Shown one piece after another: positions 25,918 through 41,529 of a DNA stretch of 64,000 nucleotides (positions are counted from its first letter, which is position 1; every line of letters starts with the position of its first letter). Source of the DNA: Eledone cirrhosa. Its lineage: Eukaryota. The stretch spans positions 50,964,001 through 51,028,000 of the forward strand of contig OZ024746.1 of NCBI GenBank assembly GCA_964016885.1. Reading direction: 5' to 3'. The notes under the pieces were generated by a model, which was not told where the DNA came from, did not search any database, and saw only the letters and a program-made list of their open reading frames with translations. Made by a program: the position numbers and the translations under genes.

Positions 25918-28900
25918 GTGGATCAACGAGAATGCCACTGTCCCTATCTACTGTCTAGCGAAACCACAGCCAGGGGAACTGGCTTGGGCGGATCAACGAG
26001 GTTGCCACTGTCCCTATCTACAGTCTCGCGAAATCACAGCTAAGGGAACAGGCTTGGACGGATCAACGAGATTGCTACTGTCCCTATCGACTGTCTAGTG
26101 AAAACACAGTGAAGGGAACGGTCTTGGGTGGATCAACGAGATTGCCACTGTCCCTATCTACTGTCTAGCGAAACTACAGCCAAGGGAACGGGCTTGGACG
26201 GATCAACGAGTTTTCCACTGTCCCTATCTACTGTCTAGCGAAGCCACAGCCAAGGCAACTGGCTTGGACGGATCAACGAGATTGCCACTGTCCCTATCTA
26301 CTCTCTAGCGAAACCACAGCCAAGGGAACGAGCTTGGATTGATCAAGGAGATGGCCACTGTCCCTATCTCTGTCTAGCGAAACCACAGACAAGGGAACGA
26401 GCTTGGACGGATCAAGGTGTTTGCCACTGTCCCTATCTACTGTCTAGCGAAACCACAGCTAAGGGAATGAGCTTGGGTGGATCAACAAGATTGCCATTGT
26501 CCCTATCTACTGTCTAGCGAAACCACAGCCAAGGTAACGAGCTTGGACGGATCAAGGAGATGGCCACTGTCCCTATCTTCTGTCTAGCTAAACCACAGAC
26601 AAGGAAACGAGCTTGGACGGATCAACGAGATTGCCACTGTCCCTATCTACTGTCTAGCGGAACCACAGCTAAGGGAATGAGCTTGGGTGAATCAACGAGA
26701 TTGCCATTGTCCCTATCTACTGTCTAGCGAAACCACAGCCAAGGGAACGAGCTTGGACGCATCAACGAGATTGCCTCCGTCCCTATCTACTGTCTAGCGA
26801 TCTACAGCCAAAGAACGAGCTTGGACGGATCAACGAGATTCCCACTGTCACTATCTACTGTCTAGCGAAATCATAGCCAAGGGAACGGGCTTGGACGGAT
26901 CAAAGAGTTTGACACTGTCCCTAACTACTGTCTAGCGAAACCACAACCAAGGGAACGGACTTAGGTGGATCCACGAGATTACCACTGTCCCTATCTACTG
27001 TCTAGCGAAACTAGAGCCAAGGAACGAGCTTGGACGGATCAACGAGATTGCCACTGTCCCTATCTACTGTCTAGCGAAACCACAGCCAGGGCAACTGGCT
27101 TGGACGGATCAACGAGATTGCCACTGTCCCTATCTACTGTCTAGCGAAACCACAGCAAAAGGAACGGGCTTGGACGGATCAACGAGATTGCCACTGTTTC
27201 TATCTACTGTCTAGCGAAATCACAGCCAAGGGAACAGGCTTGGACGGATCAACGAGATTGCCACTGTCCCTATCGACTGTCTAGTGAAAACACAGTCAAG
27301 GGAACGGTGTTGGGTGGATCAACGAGATTCCCACTGTCCCTATCTACTGTCTAGCAAAACTACAGCCTAGGCAACTGGCTTGGACGGATCAACGAGTCTG
27401 CCACTGTCCCTATCTACTGTCTAGCGAAACGACAGCCAACGGAACGGGCTTGGACGGATCAACGAGATTGCCAATGTCCCTCTCTTCTGTCTAGCGAAAC
27501 CACAGCCAAGCTAACGGGCTGGACGGATCAACGAGATTTCCACTGTCCATATCTACTGTCTAGCGAAACCACAGCCAAGGAAACGGGCTTGGACGGATCA
27601 ACGAGATTGCCACTGTCGCTATCTACTGTCTAGCGAAACCACAGCCAAGGGAACGGACATGGGTGGATCAATGAGAATGCCACTGTCCCTATCTACTGTC
27701 TAGCGAAACCACAGCCAAGGGAACAGGCTTGGACGGATCAACGAGATTGCCACTGTCCCTATCTACTGTCTATCGAAACCACAGCCAAGGCAACTGGCTT
27801 GGACGGATCAACGAGATTGCCACTGTCCCTATCTACTGTCTAGCGAAACGACAACCAACGGAACGGGCTTGGACGGATCAACGTGATTGCCACTGTCCCT
27901 ATCTACTGTCTAGGGAAACCACAGCCAAGGGAACGGGCTTGGCTGGATCGACGAGATTGCCACTGTCCCTATCTACTGTCTAGCGAAACCACAACAAAGG
28001 GAATGAGCCTGGGTGGATCAACGAGATTGTCATTGTCCCTATCTACTGTGTAGCGAAACCACAGCCAAGGGAACGAGGTTAGAAGGATCAAGGAGATGGC
28101 CAATCTCCCTATCTTCTGTCTAGCGAAACCACAGACAAGGGAACGAGATGGACGGATCAACGAGATTGCCACTGTCCCTATCTACTGTCTAGCGAAACTA
28201 CAGCCAAGGGAACGGGCTTGGACGGATCAACGAGTTTTCCACTGTCCCTATCTACTGTCTAGCGAAGCCACAGCCAAGGCAACTGGCTTGGTCGGATCAA
28301 CGAGATTGCCACTGTCCCTATCTACTGTCTAGCGAAACCACAGCCAAGGGAACGAGCTTGGACGGATCAAGGAGATGGCCACTGTCCCTATTTACTGTCT
28401 AGCTAAACCACAGACAAGGAAACGAGCTTGGACGGATCAACGAGATTGCCACTGTCCCTATCTACTGTCTAGCGAAACCACAGCTAAGGGAATGAGCTTG
28501 GGTGAATCAACGAGATTGCCATTGTCCCTATCTACTGTCTAGCGAAACCACAGCCAAGGGAACGAGCTTGGACGCATCAACGAGATTGCCTCCGTCCCTA
28601 TCTACTGTCTAGCGATCTACAGCCAAAGAACGAGCTTGGACGGATCAACGAGATTCCCACAGTCACTATCTACTGTCTAGCGAAATCATAGCCAAGGGAA
28701 CGGGCTTGGACGGATCAAAGAGTTTGACACTGTCCCTATTTACTGTCTAGCGAAACCACAAACAAGGGAACGGACTTAAGTGGATCCACGAGATTACCAC
28801 TGTCCCTATCTACTGTCTAGCGAAACTAGAGCCAAGGAACGAGCTTGGACGGATCAACGAGATTGCCACTGTCCCTATCTACTGTCTAGCGAAACCACAG

Positions 28901-30632
28901 CCAGGGCAACTGGCTTGGACGGATCAACGAGATTGCCACTGACCCTATCTACTGTCTAGCGAAACCACAGCAAAAGGAACGGGCTTGGACGGATCAACGA
29001 GATTGCCACTGTTTCTATCTACTGTCTAGCGAAATCACAGCCAAGGGAACAGGCTTGGACGGATCAACGAGTTTGCCACTGTCCCTATCGACTGTCTAGT
29101 GAAAACACAGTCAAGGGAACGGTGTTGGGTGGATCAACGAGATTCCCACTGTCCCTATCTACTGTCTAGCAAAACTACAGCCTAGGCAACTGGCTTGGAC
29201 GGATCAACGAGTCTGCCACTGTCCCTATCTACTGTCTAGCGAAACCACAGCCAAGGGAACAGGCTTGGACGGATCAACGAGATTGCCACTGTCCCTATCT
29301 ACTGTCTATCGAAACCACAGCCAAGGCAACTGGCTTGGACGGATCAACGAGATTGCCACTGTCCCTATCTACTGTCTAGCGAAACGACAACCAACGGAAC
29401 GGGCTTGGACGGATCAACGTGATTGCCACTGTCCCTATCTACTGTCTAGGGAGACCACAGCCAAGGGAACGGGCTTGGCTGGATCGACGAGATTGCCACT
29501 GTCCCTATCTACTGTCTCGCGAAACCACAACAAAGGGAATGAGCCTGGGTGGATCAACGAGATTGTCATTGTCCCTATCTACTGTCTAGCGAAACCACAG
29601 CCAAGGGAACGAGGTTAGACGGATCAAGGAGATGGCCAATCTCCCTATCTTCTGTCTAGCGAAACCACAGACAAGGGAACGAGATGGACGGATCAACGAG
29701 ATTGCCACTGTCCCTATCTACTGTCTAGCGAAACTACAGCCAAGGGGGAACAGGCTTGGACGGATCAACGAGTTTTCCACTGTCCCTATCTACTGTCTAG
29801 CGAAGCCACAGCCAAGGCAACTGGCTTGGACGGATCAAGGAGATTGCCACTGTCCCTATCTACTGTCTAGCGAAACCACAGCCAAGGGAACGAGCTTGGA
29901 CGGATCAAGGAGATGGCCACTGTCCCTATCTCTGTCTAGAGAAACCACAGACAAGGGAACGAGCTTGGACGGATCAACGAGATTGCCATTGTCCCTATCT
30001 ACTGTCTAGCGAAACCACAGCCAAGGTAACGAGCTTGGACGGATCAAGGAGATGGCCACTGTCCCTATCTTCTGTCTAGCTAAACCACAGACAAGGAAAC
30101 GAGCTTGGACGGATCAACGAGATTTCCACTGTCCCTATCTACTGTCTAGCGAAACCACAGCTAAGGGAATGAGCTTGGGTGAATCAACGAGATTGCCATT
30201 GTCCCTATCTACTGTCTAGCGAAACCACAGCCAAGGGAACGAGCTTGGACGCATCAACGAGATTGCCTCTGTCCCTATCTACAGTCTAGCGAAACCACAG
30301 CCAAGGTAACGGACTTAGGTGGATCAACGAGATTCCCACTGTCCCTATCTACTATCTAGCGATCTACAGCCAAAGAACGAGCTTGGACGGATCAAAGAGT
30401 TTGACACTGTCCCTATCTACTGTCTAGCGAAACTACAGCCAAGGGAACGGGCTTGGACGGATCAACGAGTTTTCCACTGTCCCTATCTTCTGTCTAGCGA
30501 AACCACAGCCAAGCTAACGGGCTTGGACGGATCAACGAGATTGCCTCTGTCCCTATCTACTGTCTTGCGAAACCACAGCCAAGGGAATGAGCTTGGACGG
30601 ATCAACGAGATGGCCACTGTCTCTATCTACTG

Positions 30633-30667
<35 letters not shown>

Positions 30668-31123
30668 CGGATCAACGAGTTTCCCACTGTCCCTATCTAC
30701 TGTCTAGCGAAACCACAGCCAAGGGAACGAGCTTGGAAGGATCAACGAAGATTGCCACTGTCCCTATCTACTGTCTAGCGAAACCACAGCCAAGGGTACG
30801 TGGTTGGACGGATCAACGAGATTGCCACTGTCCCTATCTACTGTCTAGCGAAACCACAGCCAAGGGAACGAGCTTGGGTTGATCAACGAGTTTGCCACTG
30901 TCCCTATCTTCTGACTAGGGAAACCACAGCCAAACTAACGGGCTTGGACGGATCAACGAGATTGCCTCTGTCCCTATCTACTGTCTTGCGAAACCACAGC
31001 CAAGGGAATGAGCTTGGACGGATCAACGAGATGGCCACTGTGTCTATCTACGGTCTAGCGAAACCACAGCCAAGGAAACGGGCTTGGACGGATCAACGAG
31101 ATTCCCACTGTCCATATCTACTG

Positions 31124-31158
<35 letters not shown>

Positions 31159-31822
31159 CGGATCAACGAGTTTCCCACTGTCCCTATCAAATGTCTAGCG
31201 AAACCACAGCCAAGGGAACGAGCTTGGAAGGATCAACGAGATTGCCACTGTCCCTATCTACTGTCTAGCGAAACCACATCCAAGGGTACGAGGTTGGACG
31301 GATCAACGAGATTGCCACTGTCCCTATCGACTGTCTAGCGAAACCACAGCCAAGGGAACGAGCCTGGGTTGATCAACGAGTTTGCCACTGTCCCTATCTT
31401 CGGACTAGCGAAACCACAGCCAAACTAACGGGCTTGGACGGATCAACGAGACTGCCACTATCCATATCTACTTTCTTGCGAAACCACAGACAAGGAACCA
31501 GCTTGGACGGATCAACGAGATTGCCACTGTCCCTATCTACTGTCTAGCGAAATCACAGCCAAGGGAACAGGCTTGGACGGATCAACGAGATTGTCACTGT
31601 CCCTATCGACTGTCTAGTGAAAACACAGTCAAGGGAACGGTGTTGGGTGGATCAACGAGATTCCCACTGTCCCTATCTACTGTCTAGCAAAACTACAGCC
31701 TAGGCAACTGGCTTGGACGGATCAACGAGACTGCCACTGTCCCTATCTACTGTCTAGGGAAACGACAGCCAACGGAACGGGCTTGGACGGATCAACGAGA
31801 TTGCCAATGTCCCTATTTTCTG

Positions 31823-31856
<34 letters not shown>

Positions 31857-34800
31857 GTGGATCAACGAGAATGCCACTGTCCCTATCTACTGTCTAGCGA
31901 AACCACAGCCAGGGGAACTGGCTTGGGCGGATCAACGAGGTTGCCACTGTCCCTATCTACAGTCTCGCGAAATCACAGCTAAGGGAACAGGCTTGGACGG
32001 ATCAACGAGATTGCTACTGTCCCTATCGACTGTCTAGTGAAAACACAGTGAAGGGAACGGTCTTGGGTGGATCAACGAGATTGCCACTGTCCCTATCTAC
32101 TGTCTAGCGAAACTACAGCCAAGGGAACGGGCTTGGACGGATCAACGAGTTTTCCACTGTCCCTATCTACTGTCTAGCGAAGCCACAGCCAAGGCAACTG
32201 GCTTGGACGGATCAACGAGATTGCCACTGTCCCTATCTACTCTCTAGCGAAACCACAGCCAAGGGAACGAGCTTGGATTGATCAAGGAGATGGCCACTGT
32301 CCCTATCTCTGTCTAGCGAAACCACAGACAAGGGAACGAGCTTGGACGGATCAAGGTGTTTGCCACTGTCCCTATCTACTGTCTAGCGAAACCACAGCTA
32401 AGGGAATGAGCTTGGGTGGATCAACAAGATTGCCATTGTCCCTATCTACTGTCTAGCGAAACCACAGCCAAGGTAACGAGCTTGGACGGATCAAGGAGAT
32501 GGCCACTGTCCCTATCTTCTGTCTAGCTAAACCACAGACAAGGAAACGAGCTTGGACGGATCAACGAGATTGCCACTGTCCCTATCTACTGTCTAGCGAA
32601 ACCACAGCTAAGGGAATGAGCTTGGGTGAATCAACGAGATTGCCATTGTCCCTATCTACTGTCTAGCGAAACCACAGCCAAGGGAACGAGCTTGGACGCA
32701 TCAACGAGATTGCCTCCGTCCCTATCTACTGTCTAGCGATCTACAGCCAAAGAACGAGCTTGGACGGATCAACGAGATTCCCACTGTCACTATCTACTGT
32801 CTAGCGAAATCATAGCCAAGGGAACGGGCTTGGACGGATCAAAGAGTTTGACACTGTCCCTAACTACTGTCTAGCGAAACCACAACCAAGGGAACGGACT
32901 TAGGTGGATCCACGAGATTACCACTGTCCCTATCTACTGTCTAGCGAAACTAGAGCCAAGGAACGAGCTTGGACGGATCAACGAGATTGCCACTGTCCCT
33001 ATCTACTGTCTAGCGAAACCACAGCCAGGGCAACTGGCTTGGACGGATCAACGAGATTGCCACTGTCCCTATCTACTGTCTAGCGAAACCACAGCAAAAG
33101 GAACGGGCTTGGACGGATCAACGAGATTGCCACTGTTTCTATCTACTGTCTAGCGAAATCACAGCCAAGGGAACAGGCTTGGACGGATCAACGAGATTGC
33201 CACTGTCCCTATCGACTGTCTAGTGAAAACACAGTCAAGGGAACGGTGTTGGGTGGATCAACGAGATTCCCACTGTCCCTATCTACTGTCTAGCAAAACT
33301 ACAGCCTAGGCAACTGGCTTGGACGGATCAACGAGTCTGCCACTGTCCCTATCTACTGTCTAGCGAAACGACAGCCAACGGAACGGGCTTGGACGGATCA
33401 ACGAGATTGCCAATGTCCCTCTCTTCTGTCTAGCGAAACCACAGCCAAGCTAACGGGCTGGACGGATCAACGAGATTGCCACTGTCCATATCTACTGTCT
33501 AGCGAAACCACAGCCAAGGAAACGGGCTTGGACGGATCAACGAGATTGCCACTGTCGCTATCTACTGTCTAGCGAAACCACAGCCAAGGGAACGGACATG
33601 GGTGGATCAATGAGAATGCCACTGTCCCTATCTACTGTCTAGCGAAACCACAGCCAAGGGAACAGGCTTGGACGGATCAACGAGATTGCCACTGTCCCTA
33701 TCTACTGTCTATCGAAACCACAGCCAAGGCAACTGGCTTGGACGGATCAACGAGATTGCCACTGTCCCTATCTACTGTCTAGCGAAACGACAACCAACGG
33801 AACGGGCTTGGACGGATCAACGTGATTGCCACTGTCCCTATCTACTGTCTAGGGAAACCACAGCCAAGGGAACGGGCTTGGCTGGATCGACGAGATTGCC
33901 ACTGTCCCTATCTACTGTCTAGCGAAACCACAACAAAGGGAATGAGCCTGGGTGGATCAACGAGATTGTCATTGTCCCTATCTACTGTCTAGCGAAACCA
34001 CAGCCAAGGGAACGAGGTTAGAAGGATCAAGGAGATGGCCAATCTCCCTATCTTCTGTCTAGCGAAACCACAGACAAGGGAACGAGATGGACGGATCAAC
34101 GAGATTGCCACTGTCCCTATCTACTGTCTAGCGAAACTACAGCCAAGGCAACTGGCTTGGTCGGATCAACGAGATTGCCACTGTCCCTATCTACTGTCTA
34201 GCGAAACCACAGCCAAGGGAACGAGCTTGGACGGATCAAGGAGATGGCCACTGTCCCTATCTACTGTCTAGCTAAACCACAGACAAGGAAACGAGCTTGG
34301 ACGGATCAACGAGATTGCCACTGTCCCTATCTACTGTCTAGCGAAACCACAGCTAAGGGAATGAGCTTGGGTGAATCAACGAGATTGCCATTGTCCCTAT
34401 CTACTGTCTAGCGAAACCACAGCCAAGGGAACGAGCTTGGACGCATCAACGAGATTGCCTCCGTCCCTATCTACTGTCTAGCGATCTACAGCCAAAGAAC
34501 GAGCTTGGACGGATCAACGAGATTCCCACAGTCACTATCTACTGTCTAGCGAAATCATAGCCAAGGGAACGGGCTTGGACGGATCAAAGAGTTTGACACT
34601 GTCCCTATTTACTGTCTAGCGAAACCACAAACAAGGGAACGGACTTAAGTGGATCCACGAGATTACCACTGTCCCTATCTACTGTCTAGCGAAACTAGAG
34701 CCAAGGAACGAGCTTGGACGGATCAACGAGATTGCCACTGTCCCTATCTACTGTCTAGCGAAACCACAGCCAGGGCAACTGGCTTGGACGGATCAACGAG

Positions 34801-36350
34801 ATTGCCACTGACCCTATCTACTGTCTAGCGAAACCACAGCAAAAGGAACGGGCTTGGACGGATCAACGAGATTGCCACTGTTTCTATCTACTGTCTAGCG
34901 AAATCACAGCCAAGGGAATGGTGTTGGGTGGATCAACGAGATTCCCACTGTCCCTATCTACTGTCTAGCAAAACTACAGCCTAGGCAACTGGCTTGGACG
35001 GATCAACGAGTTTGCCACTGTCCCTATCGACTGTCTAGTGAAAACACAGTCAAGGGAACGGTGTTGGGTGGATCAACGAGATTCCCACTGTCCCTATCTA
35101 CTGTCTAGCAAAACTACAGCCTAGGCAACTGGCTTGGACGGATCAACGAGTCTGCCACTGTCCCTATCTACTGTCTAGCGAAACCACAGCCAAGGGAACA
35201 GGCTTGGACGGATCAACGAGATTGCCACTGTCCCTATCTACTGTCTATCGAAACCACAGCCAAGGCAACTGGCTTGGACGGATCAACGAGATTGCCACTG
35301 TCCCTATCTACTGTCTAGCGAAACGACAACCAACGGAACGGGCTTGGACGGATCAACGTGATTGCCACTGTCCCTATCTACTGTCTAGGGAGACCACAGC
35401 CAAGGGAACGGGCTTGGCTGGATCGACGAGATTGCCACTGTCCCTATCTACTGTCTCGCGAAACCACAACAAAGGGAATGAGCCTGGGTGGATCAACGAG
35501 ATTGTCATTGTCCCTATCTACTGTCTAGCGAAACCACAGCCAAGGGAACGAGGTTAGACGGATCAAGGAGATGGCCAATCTCCCTATCTTCTGTCTAGCG
35601 AAACCACAGACAAGGGAACGAGATGGACGGATCAACGAGATTGCCACTGTCCCTATCTACTGTCTAGCGAAACTACAGCCAAGGGAACAGGCTTGGACGG
35701 ATCAACGAGTTTTCCACTGTCCCTATCTACTGTCTAGCGAAGCCACAGCCAAGGCAACTGGCTTGGACGGATCAAGGAGATTGCCACTGTCCCTATCTAC
35801 TGTCTAGCGAAACCACAGCCAAGGGAACGAGCTTGGACGGATCAAGGAGATGGCCACTGTCCCTATCTCTGTCTAGAGAAACCACAGACAAGGGAACGAG
35901 CTTGGACGGATCAACGAGATTGCCATTGTCCCTATCTACTGTCTAGCGAAACCACAGCCAAGGTAACGAGCTTGGACGGATCAAGGAGATGGCCACTGTC
36001 CCTATCTTCTGTCTAGCTAAACCACAGACAAGGAAACGAGCTTGGACGGATCAACGAGATTTCCACTGTCCCTATCTACTGTCTAGCGAAACCACAGCTA
36101 AGGGAATGAGCTTGGGTGAATCAACGAGATTGCCATTGTCCCTATCTACTGTCTAGCGAAACCACAGCCAAGGGAACGAGCTTGGACGCATCAACGAGAT
36201 TGCCTCTGTCCCTATCTACAGTCTAGCGAAACCACAGCCAAGGTAACGGACTTAGGTGGATCAACGAGATTCCCACTGTCCCTATCTACTATCTAGCGAT
36301 CTACAGCCAAAGAACGAGCTTGGACGGATCAAAGAGTTTGACACTGTCCC
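24470..36350 (+). repeat. Two tandem copies of a ~5,939-bp (~85-monomer) higher-order unit
   Basis: Identical or near-identical spurious ORFs recur at a 5,939 offset: 24861/30800, 27729/33668, 28096/34035, 29265/35204, 29632/35571. Confidence 0.9.
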
Positions 36351-36918
36351 TATCTACTGTCTAGCGAAACCACAACCAAGGGAACGGACTTAGGTGGATC
36401 CACGAGATTACCACTGTCCCTATCTACTGTCTAGCGAAACTAGAGCCTAGGAACGAGCTTGGACGGATCAACGAGATTGCCACTGTCCCTATCTACTGTC
36501 TAGCGAAACCACAGCCAGGGCAACTGGCTTGGACGGATCAACGAGATTGCCACTGTCCCTATCTACTGTCTAGCGAAACCACAGCAAAGGGAACGGGCTT
36601 GGACGGATCAACGAGATTGCCACTGTCCCTATCTACTGTCTAGCGAAACCACAGCTAAGGGAACGGTCTTGGACGGATCAACGTGATTACCACTGTCCGT
36701 ATCTACTGTCCTTGGAAACCGCAGACAAGAGAACGAACTTGGACGGATCAACGTGATTGCCACTGTCCCTATCTACTATCTAGGGAAACCACAGCCAAGG
36801 GAACGAACTTGGACGGATCAACGAGTTGCCACTGTCCCTATCTACTGTCTAGCGAAACTCCAGCCAAGGAACCAGCTTGGACGGATCAATGAGATTGCCA
36901 CTGTCCCTACCTATTGAG

Positions 36919-36950
<32 letters not shown>

Positions 36951-37799
36951 GTGGATCGACGAGATTGTCACTGTCCCTATCTACTGTCTAGCAAAACCAC
37001 AGCCAAGGGAACGGGCTTGGGTGTATCAACGAGATTGCCGCTGTCCCTATCTACTGTCTAGCGAAATCACAGCCAAGGGAACGAGGTTGGGTGGATCAAC
37101 GAGATTGCCACTGTCCCTATCTTCTGTCTAGTGAAAGCACAGCCAAGCTAACGGGCTTGGACGGATCAACGAGGTTGCCACTGTCCCTATCTACTGTCTA
37201 GCGAAACCACAGCCAAGGAAACGGGCTTGGACGGATCAACGAGATTGCCACTGTTCCTATCTACTGTCTAGCGAAACTACAGCCAAGGAACCAGTTTGGA
37301 CGGATCAACGAGATTGCCACTGTCCCTATCTACTGTCTAGCGAAACCACAGCTAAGGGAATGTGCTTGGGTGGATCAACAAGATTGCCATTGTCCCTATC
37401 TACTGTCTAGCGAAACCACAGCCAAGGTAACGAGCTTGGACGGATCAAGGAGATGGCCACTGTCCCTATCTTCTGTCTAGCTAAACCACAGACAAGGAAA
37501 CGAGCTTGGACGGATCAACGAGATTGCCATTGTCCCTATCTACTGTCTAGCGAAACCACAGCTAAGGGAATGAGCTTGGGTGAATCAACGAGATTGCCAT
37601 TGTCCCTATCTACTGTCTAGCGAAACCACAGCCAAGGGAACGAGCTTGGACGCATCAACGAGATTGCCTCTGTCCCTATCTACTGTCTAGCGAAACTACA
37701 GCCAAGGGAACGGGCTTGGACGGATCAACGAGTTTGTCACTGTCCCTATCTACAGTCTAGCGAAACCACAGCCAAGGGAACGGACTTAGGTGGATCAAC

Positions 37800-40700
37800 G
37801 AGATTCCCACTGTCCCTATCTACTATCTAGCGATCTACAGCCAAAGAACGAGCTTGGACGGATCGACGAGATTGCCACTGTTCCTATCGACTGTCTAGCG
37901 AAACCACAGCCAAGGGAATAGGCTTGGGCGGATCAACGAGATTCCCACTGTCCCTATCTACTGTCTAGCGAAACCACAGCAAAGGGAACGGGCTTGGACG
38001 GATCAACGAGATTGCCACTGTCCCTATCTACTGTCTAGCGAAACTACAGCCAAGGAACCAGCTTGGACGAATCAACGAGATTGCCACTGTCCCTATCTAC
38101 TGTCTAGCGAAACTACAGCCAAGGAACGAGCTTGGGCGGATCAACGAGATTGCCACTGTCCCTATCTACTGTCTAGCGAAACCACAGCTAAGGGAATGAG
38201 CTTGGGTGGATCAACAAGATTGCCATTGTCCCTATCTACTGTCTAGCGAAACCACAGCCAAGGTAACGAGCTTGGACGGATCAAGGAGATGGCCACTGTC
38301 CCTATCTTCTGTCTAGCTAAACCACAGACAAGGAAACGAGCTTGGACGGATCAACGAGATTGCCATTGTCCCTATATACTGTCTAGCGAAACCACAGCTA
38401 AGGGAATGAGCTTGGGTGAATCAACGAGATTACCTCTGTCCCTATCTACTGTCTAGCGAAACTACAGCCAAGGGAACGGGCTTGGACGGATCAAGGAGTT
38501 TGTCACTGTCCCTATCTACAGTCTAGCGAAACCACAGCCAAGGGAACGGACTTAGGTGGATCAACGAGATTCCCACTGTCCCTATCTACTGTCTAGCGAA
38601 ACCACAGCAAAGGGAACGGGCTTGGACGGATCAACGAGATTGCCACTGTCCCTATCTACTGTCTAGCGAAACCACAGCTAAGGGAACGGTCTTGGACGGA
38701 TCAACGTGATTACCACTGTCCCTATCTACTGTCCTTGGAAACCGCAGACAAGAGAACGAACTTGGACGGATCAACGTGATTGCCACTGTCCCTATCTACT
38801 ATCTAGGGAAACCACAGCCAAGGGAACGAACTTGGACGGATCAACGAGTTGCCACTGTCCCTATCTACTGTCTAGCGAAACTCCAGCCAAGGAACCAGCT
38901 TGGACGGATCAATGAGATTGCCACTGTCCCTATCTTCTGTCTAGTGAAAGCACAGCCAAGCTAACGGGCTTGGACGGATCAACGAGGTTGCCACTGTCCC
39001 TATCTACTGTCTAGCGAAACCACAGCCAAGGAAACGGGCTTGGACGGATCAACGAGATTGCCACTATCCCTATCTACTGTCTAGCGAAACTACAGTCAAG
39101 GAACCAGCTTGGACGGATCAACGAGATTGCCACTGTCCCTATCTATTGTCTAGCGAAACCACAACCAAGGGAACGGTCTTGGACGGATCAACGAGATTGC
39201 CACTGTCCCTATCTACTGTCTAGCGAAACTAAAGCCTAGGAACCAGCTTGGACGAGTCAACGAGATTGCCACTGTCCCTATCTACTGTCTAGCGAAACTA
39301 CAGCCAAGAAACGAGCTTGGACGGATGAACGAGATTGCCACTGTCCCTATCTACTGTCTAGCGAAACCACAGCCAAGGGAACGGGTTTGGGTGGATCGAC
39401 GAGATTGCCACTCTCACTATCTACTGTCTAGCGAAACCACAGCGAAGGGAACGGGCTTGGGTGGATCAACGAGATTGCCACTGTCCCTATCTACTGTCTA
39501 GCGAAACCACAGCCAAGGGTACGAGCTTGGACGGATCAAGGAGATGGCCACTGTCCCTATCTCTGTCTAGCGAAACCACAGACAAGGGAACGAGCTTAGA
39601 CTGATCAACGAGATTGCCACTGTCCCTATCTACTGTCTAGCGAAACCACAGCTAAGGGAATGAGCTTGGGTGAATCAACGAGATTGCCATTGTCCCTATC
39701 TACTGTCTAGCGAAACCACAGCCAAGGGAACGAGCTTGAACGGATCAAGGAGATGGCCACTGTCGCTATCTCTGTCTAGCGAAACCACAGACAAGGGAAC
39801 GAGCTTGGACGGATCAACGAGATTGCCACTGTCCCTATTTACTGTCTAGCGAAACCACAGCCAAGGGAACGGACTTAGGTGGATCAACGAGATTCCCACT
39901 GTCCCTATCTACTATCTAGCGATCTACAGCCAAAGAACGAGCTTGGACGGATCAACGAGATTGCCACTGTTCCCATCGACTGTCTAGCGAAACCACAGCA
40001 AAGGGAATAGGCTTGGGCGGATCAACGAGATTCCCACTGTCCCTATCTACTGTCTAGCGAAATCATAGCCAAGGGAACGAGCATGGACGGATCAAAGAGT
40101 TTGCCACTGTCCCTATCTACTGTCTAGCGAAACCACAGCCAAGGGAACGGACTTAGGTGGATCCACGAGATTACCACTGTCCCTATCTACTGTCTAGCGA
40201 AATTAGAGCCAAGGAACGAGCATGGACGGATCAACGAGATTGCCACTGTCCCTATCTACTGTCTAGCGAAACCACAGCCAGGGCAACTGGCTTGGACGGA
40301 TCAACGAGATTGCCACTGTCCCTATCTACTGTCTAGCGAAACCACAGCAAAGGGAACGGGCTTGGACGGATCAACGAGATTGCCACTGTCCCTATCTACT
40401 GTCTAGCGAAACCACAGCCAAGGTAACGGGTTTGGGTGGATCGACGAGATTGCCACTCTCACTATCTACTGTCTAGCGAAACCACAGCGAAGGGAACGGG
40501 CTTGGGTGGATCAACGAGATTGCCATTGTCCCTATCTACTGTATAGCGAAACCACAGCCAAGGGAACGAGCTTGGACGGATCAAGGAGATGGCCACTGTC
40601 CCTATCTCTGTCTAGCGAAACCACAGACAAGGGACCGAGCTTGGACGGATAAACGAGATTGCCACTGTCCCTATCTACTGTCTAGCGAAATCACAGCCAA

Positions 40701-40947
40701 CGGAACGGGCTTGGACGGATCAACGAGATTGCCACTGTCTAGCGAAACCACAGCAAAAGGAACGGTCTTGGACGGATCGTCGAGATTGCCAATGTCCCTA
40801 TCTACTGTCTAGCGAAACCACAGCTAAGGGAACGAGCTTGGACGGATCAAGGAGATGGCCACTGTCCCTATCTACTGTCTAGCGAAACCACAGCCAAGGG
40901 AACGAGTTTGGGTAGATCAACGAGATTGCCACTGTCCCTATCTACTG

Positions 40948-40982
<35 letters not shown>

Positions 40983-41494
40983 CGGATCAACGAGATTGCC
41001 ACTGTCCCTATCTACTGTCTAGCGAAACCACGGCCATGCGAACGGGCTTGGGTGGATCGACGAGATTGACACTGTCCCTATCTACGGTCTAGCGAAACTA
41101 CAGCCAAGGGAACGGGCTTGGGTGGATCAACGAGATTGCCACTGTCCCTATCTACTGTCTAGCGAAATCACAGCCAACGGAACGGGCTTGGACGGATCAA
41201 CGAGATTGCCACTGTCTAGCGAAACCACAGCAAAAGGAACGGTCTTGGACGGATCGTCGAGATTGCCAATGTCCCTATCTACTGTCTAGCGAAACCACAG
41301 CTAAGGGAACGAGCTTGGACGGATCAAGGAGATGGCCACTGTCCCTATCTACTGTCTAGCGAAACCACAGGCAAGGGAACGAGCTTGGACGGATCAACGA
41401 GATTGCCACTGTCCCTATTTACTTTCTAGCGAAACCACAGCCAAGGGAACGAGTTTGGGTAGATCAACGAGATTGCCACTGTCCCTATCTACTG

Positions 41495-41529
<35 letters not shown>

